From positions 1,486 through 65,485 of the forward strand of contig CACDEI010000002.1 in the NCBI GenBank assembly GCA_902551695.1: a DNA stretch of 64,000 nt, read 5' to 3'. The notes below the pieces were generated by a model, which was not told the DNA's origin, did not search any database, and worked only from the letters and a program-made list of their open reading frames with translations. This stretch comes from an uncultured Pseudomonadota bacterium. Its GTDB lineage: Bacteria > Pseudomonadota > Gammaproteobacteria > Ga0077536. Numbering within the stretch: the stretch's first letter is position 1; each line of letters begins with the position of its first letter. Positions 62,074 to 64,000 of this stretch are shown here, piece by piece. Both the position numbers and the translations under genes were made by a program.

Positions 62074-63366
62074 ATGAAGATACTAATCGTTGGGGGAGGA
62101 GGAAGAGAGCACGCGCTTGCCTGGAAGTGCGCTGAGCCACCATACGTCGATAAAGTTTTTTGTGCTCCAGGAAACGCTGGCACTGCTAGAGAGGATAAGG
62201 TTATTAATGTTGCCATTTCTCCAGAGGATTTGGAAAGGTTGGCCTCGTTTGCCGAAGAGGAGAATATCGCCCTTACTATAGTAGGACCTGAGGCGCCCTT
62301 GGTGTCTGGCATCGTTAATGCTTTTAATGCGCGGGGTCTAAAGTGTTTTGGTCCAACAAAAGAGGCGTCGGTATTAGAAGGGTCAAAAGTTTTTACCAAG
62401 GACTTTTTACATCGACATGGAATTCCCACAGGCAAGTATAAAAGTTTCTCGGATATTTCGGGGGCCTTAAATTATATAAAAGATTGCGAGTTTCCCCTGG
62501 TTATTAAGGCTGATGGCTTAGCATCCGGTAAAGGGGTGTTTATTACGTCTGACCTTGTTGAGGCAGAAGGAGTGGTTAGGACGATACTTTCGGGAAATAA
62601 ATTTGGGGAAGCTGGAAGCCAAATAGTAATCGAAGAATTCTTAGACGGTGAAGAAGTGAGCTATATCTGTATGACAGATGGATATCATTGTGTGCCTTTT
62701 GCTTCTTCACAGGATCATAAGGCAAGAGACGACGGCGATTCAGGGCCAAATACAGGCGGGATGGGGGCCTACTCACCTGCACCGCTGCTGGATAGTGACT
62801 TAGAGCATCGGGTGTTAGAGGAAATCATTTACCCTACCCTATCTGGCTTAAGGGAGGAGGGTAAGCTATACAAAGGTTTTTTATATGCCGGGCTCATGAT
62901 AAATTCTAAGAAGCAACCTAAGGTCCTAGAGTTCAATTGTCGTTTTGGAGATCCCGAAGCTCAACCTACTCTATTCCGTTTAAAAACTGATCTGGTCGAC
63001 GCGTGTTTGAAGACTCTAGAAGGAGATATCGGGGAACTCCAGCTAGAGTTTGATTCTAAAACTGCGTTGGGAGTTGTCCTTGCTGCTAATGGGTACCCCG
63101 AGTCTTATCAGACTGGTTGGTCCGTCAAGGTCGCGGAAAAAGCTTCGGGGCTAAAAGACTTAAAGATCTTTCATGCTGGTACCGCGGTTTCTGGAGATGC
63201 TGTTGTTTCTACAGGGGGGCGAGTCTTATGCGTGGTTGGTCGCGGAGATAATGTCAGAGAGGCGCAGAAGGTGTCTTATAAGGGGGTCGACTTAGTTGAG
63301 TCATCGAACTTATTTTATCGGACTGATATTGGTTACCGTGCAATCGCAAGGCTGAAATCACCATAG
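62074..63366 (+). CDS. purD: Phosphoribosylamine-glycine ligase
   Basis: 430 aa ATP-grasp enzyme with MKILIVGGGGREHALAWK, GPNTGGMGAYSP and EFNCRFGDPE. Confidence 0.96.
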   Translation: MKILIVGGGGREHALAWKCAEPPYVDKVFCAPGNAGTAREDKVINVAISPEDLERLASFAEEENIALTIVGPEAPLVSGIVNAFNARGLKCFGPTKEASVLEGSKVFTKDFLHRHGIPTGKYKSFSDISGALNYIKDCEFPLVIKADGLASGKGVFITSDLVEAEGVVRTILSGNKFGEAGSQIVIEEFLDGEEVSYICMTDGYHCVPFASSQDHKARDDGDSGPNTGGMGAYSPAPLLDSDLEHRVLEEIIYPTLSGLREEGKLYKGFLYAGLMINSKKQPKVLEFNCRFGDPEAQPTLFRLKTDLVDACLKTLEGDIGELQLEFDSKTALGVVLAANGYPESYQTGWSVKVAEKASGLKDLKIFHAGTAVSGDAVVSTGGRVLCVVGRGDNVREAQKVSYKGVDLVESSNLFYRTDIGYRAIARLKSP

Positions 63367-63391
63367 CCGGAGCATCATTAAACCAATCAGG

Positions 63392-64000
63392 TCAACTAGC
63401 GCCATCCCATTTTACAAAATTTTCGAGGAGCTGTAGCCCGGCAGCTGAACTTTTCTCTGGATGAAATTGGGTCGCATAAATGTTTTCACGACCGATTGAT
63501 GAAGTGAATTCTCCCAGGTAGTTCGTTTTACCTACTATAAGCTCAGGGTCTTTCGGTTTCACAAAGTAGCTATGAACGAAATAGAATCGGGTCCCTGAAG
63601 GAATCCCCTCCATAAGCGGGTGTTTTTTTTCCCAATAGACATTGTTCCACCCCATGTGAGGAATTTTATCAAAATTCTCTCCGGATATATTGCTAGGTTT
63701 TTTGAAGCGTTTTACTTCACCCTCGATTAGGTTGAGGCAAGCGGTTCCATTATCTTCTTCGCTTGTTCTCATAAGCGATTGAAGGCCTAGGCAAATTCCC
63801 AAGAAAGGCTTTGTTTGGCATAAGTTTTCAATTTTTCTACCCAAGCCTGTTTTTTTGAGTTGACTCATGCAGTTTCCAATAGCACCTTGGCCAGGAAACA
63901 CTATTTTGTCTGAATTAACAATCTCTTTGACATCCGAGCTCACTTTAACATTGATTTTCTTGCTGGAGACAGAATCCAGGGCTTTATACACGGATTTAAG
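63392..64000 (-). CDS. hisH: Imidazole glycerol phosphate synthase glutamine amidotransferase subunit HisH (partial; N-terminus beyond the right edge)
   Basis: Class I GATase with the catalytic Cys context LGICLGLQ and the C-terminal QFHPEKS. The frame remains open to the window end (…LKSVYKALDS…), so the true start is outside the window. Confidence 0.88.
   Translation of the reverse strand, partial: LKSVYKALDSVSSKKINVKVSSDVKEIVNSDKIVFPGQGAIGNCMSQLKKTGLGRKIENLCQTKPFLGICLGLQSLMRTSEEDNGTACLNLIEGEVKRFKKPSNISGENFDKIPHMGWNNVYWEKKHPLMEGIPSGTRFYFVHSYFVKPKDPELIVGKTNYLGEFTSSIGRENIYATQFHPEKSSAAGLQLLENFVKWDGAS

Overview
This window looks like ordinary, densely packed core chromosome (about 95% coding by eye) from an AT-rich, streamlined gammaproteobacterium. 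Local gene order closely follows Pseudomonas-type synteny. GC content and skew were judged by eye and not computed. I can support about 70 protein genes.

In order they are:
- pilU-pilT / yggS-proC-yggT
- metX-metW
- an ExoIII-family gene divergent from pyrE
- argB-algC-coaBC, then rpmB-rpmG
- a membrane desaturase, mutM, ggt
- ferredoxin-coaD-rsmD and two M16 peptidases
- ftsY-ftsE-ftsX-rpoH
- a complete aa3-type cytochrome c oxidase structural and biogenesis cluster (ctaC-ctaD-ctaG-ctaE-SURF1-ctaA-cyoE plus small accessory membrane proteins)
- bioB-bioF-bioC-bioD with a BirA-operator-like site
- the replication-origin gene junction gyrB-recF-dnaN-dnaA <> rpmH-rnpA-yidC-mnmE
- a six-gene LPS/LOS core-type glycosylation cluster (2 GT9, 2 GT4, an ELM1-family protein, a sulfotransferase-fold protein)
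- ilvE, fxsA, cutA-dsbD-tlpA-like
- aroQ-accB-accC, prmA, dusB-fis, purH, purD, and partial hisH

I found no tRNA or rRNA genes, CRISPR arrays, transposases, integrases, phage genes, toxin-antitoxin pairs or recognisable defence genes. No intergenic gap exceeds about 250 bp. I therefore do not see evidence for a large undescribed system here.

The observations most worth a second look are:
1. FtsE keeps Walker A but has lost the Q-loop Gln, the ABC signature, the Walker-B Asp-Glu pair and the H-loop His.
2. The best DnaA boxes lie in the dnaA-dnaN spacer rather than the rpmH-dnaA spacer.
3. A perfect 25-bp inverted repeat lies immediately upstream of rpoH.
4. A sulfotransferase-fold gene is embedded in the LPS core cluster.
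5. An unlisted 34-codon membrane ORF lies between ctaD and ctaG.
6. A catalytically intact ExoIII-family gene sits at the position that crc occupies next to pyrE in Pseudomonas.

All functional calls rest on motif and family recognition by eye and on synteny recalled from memory. No database search was run.
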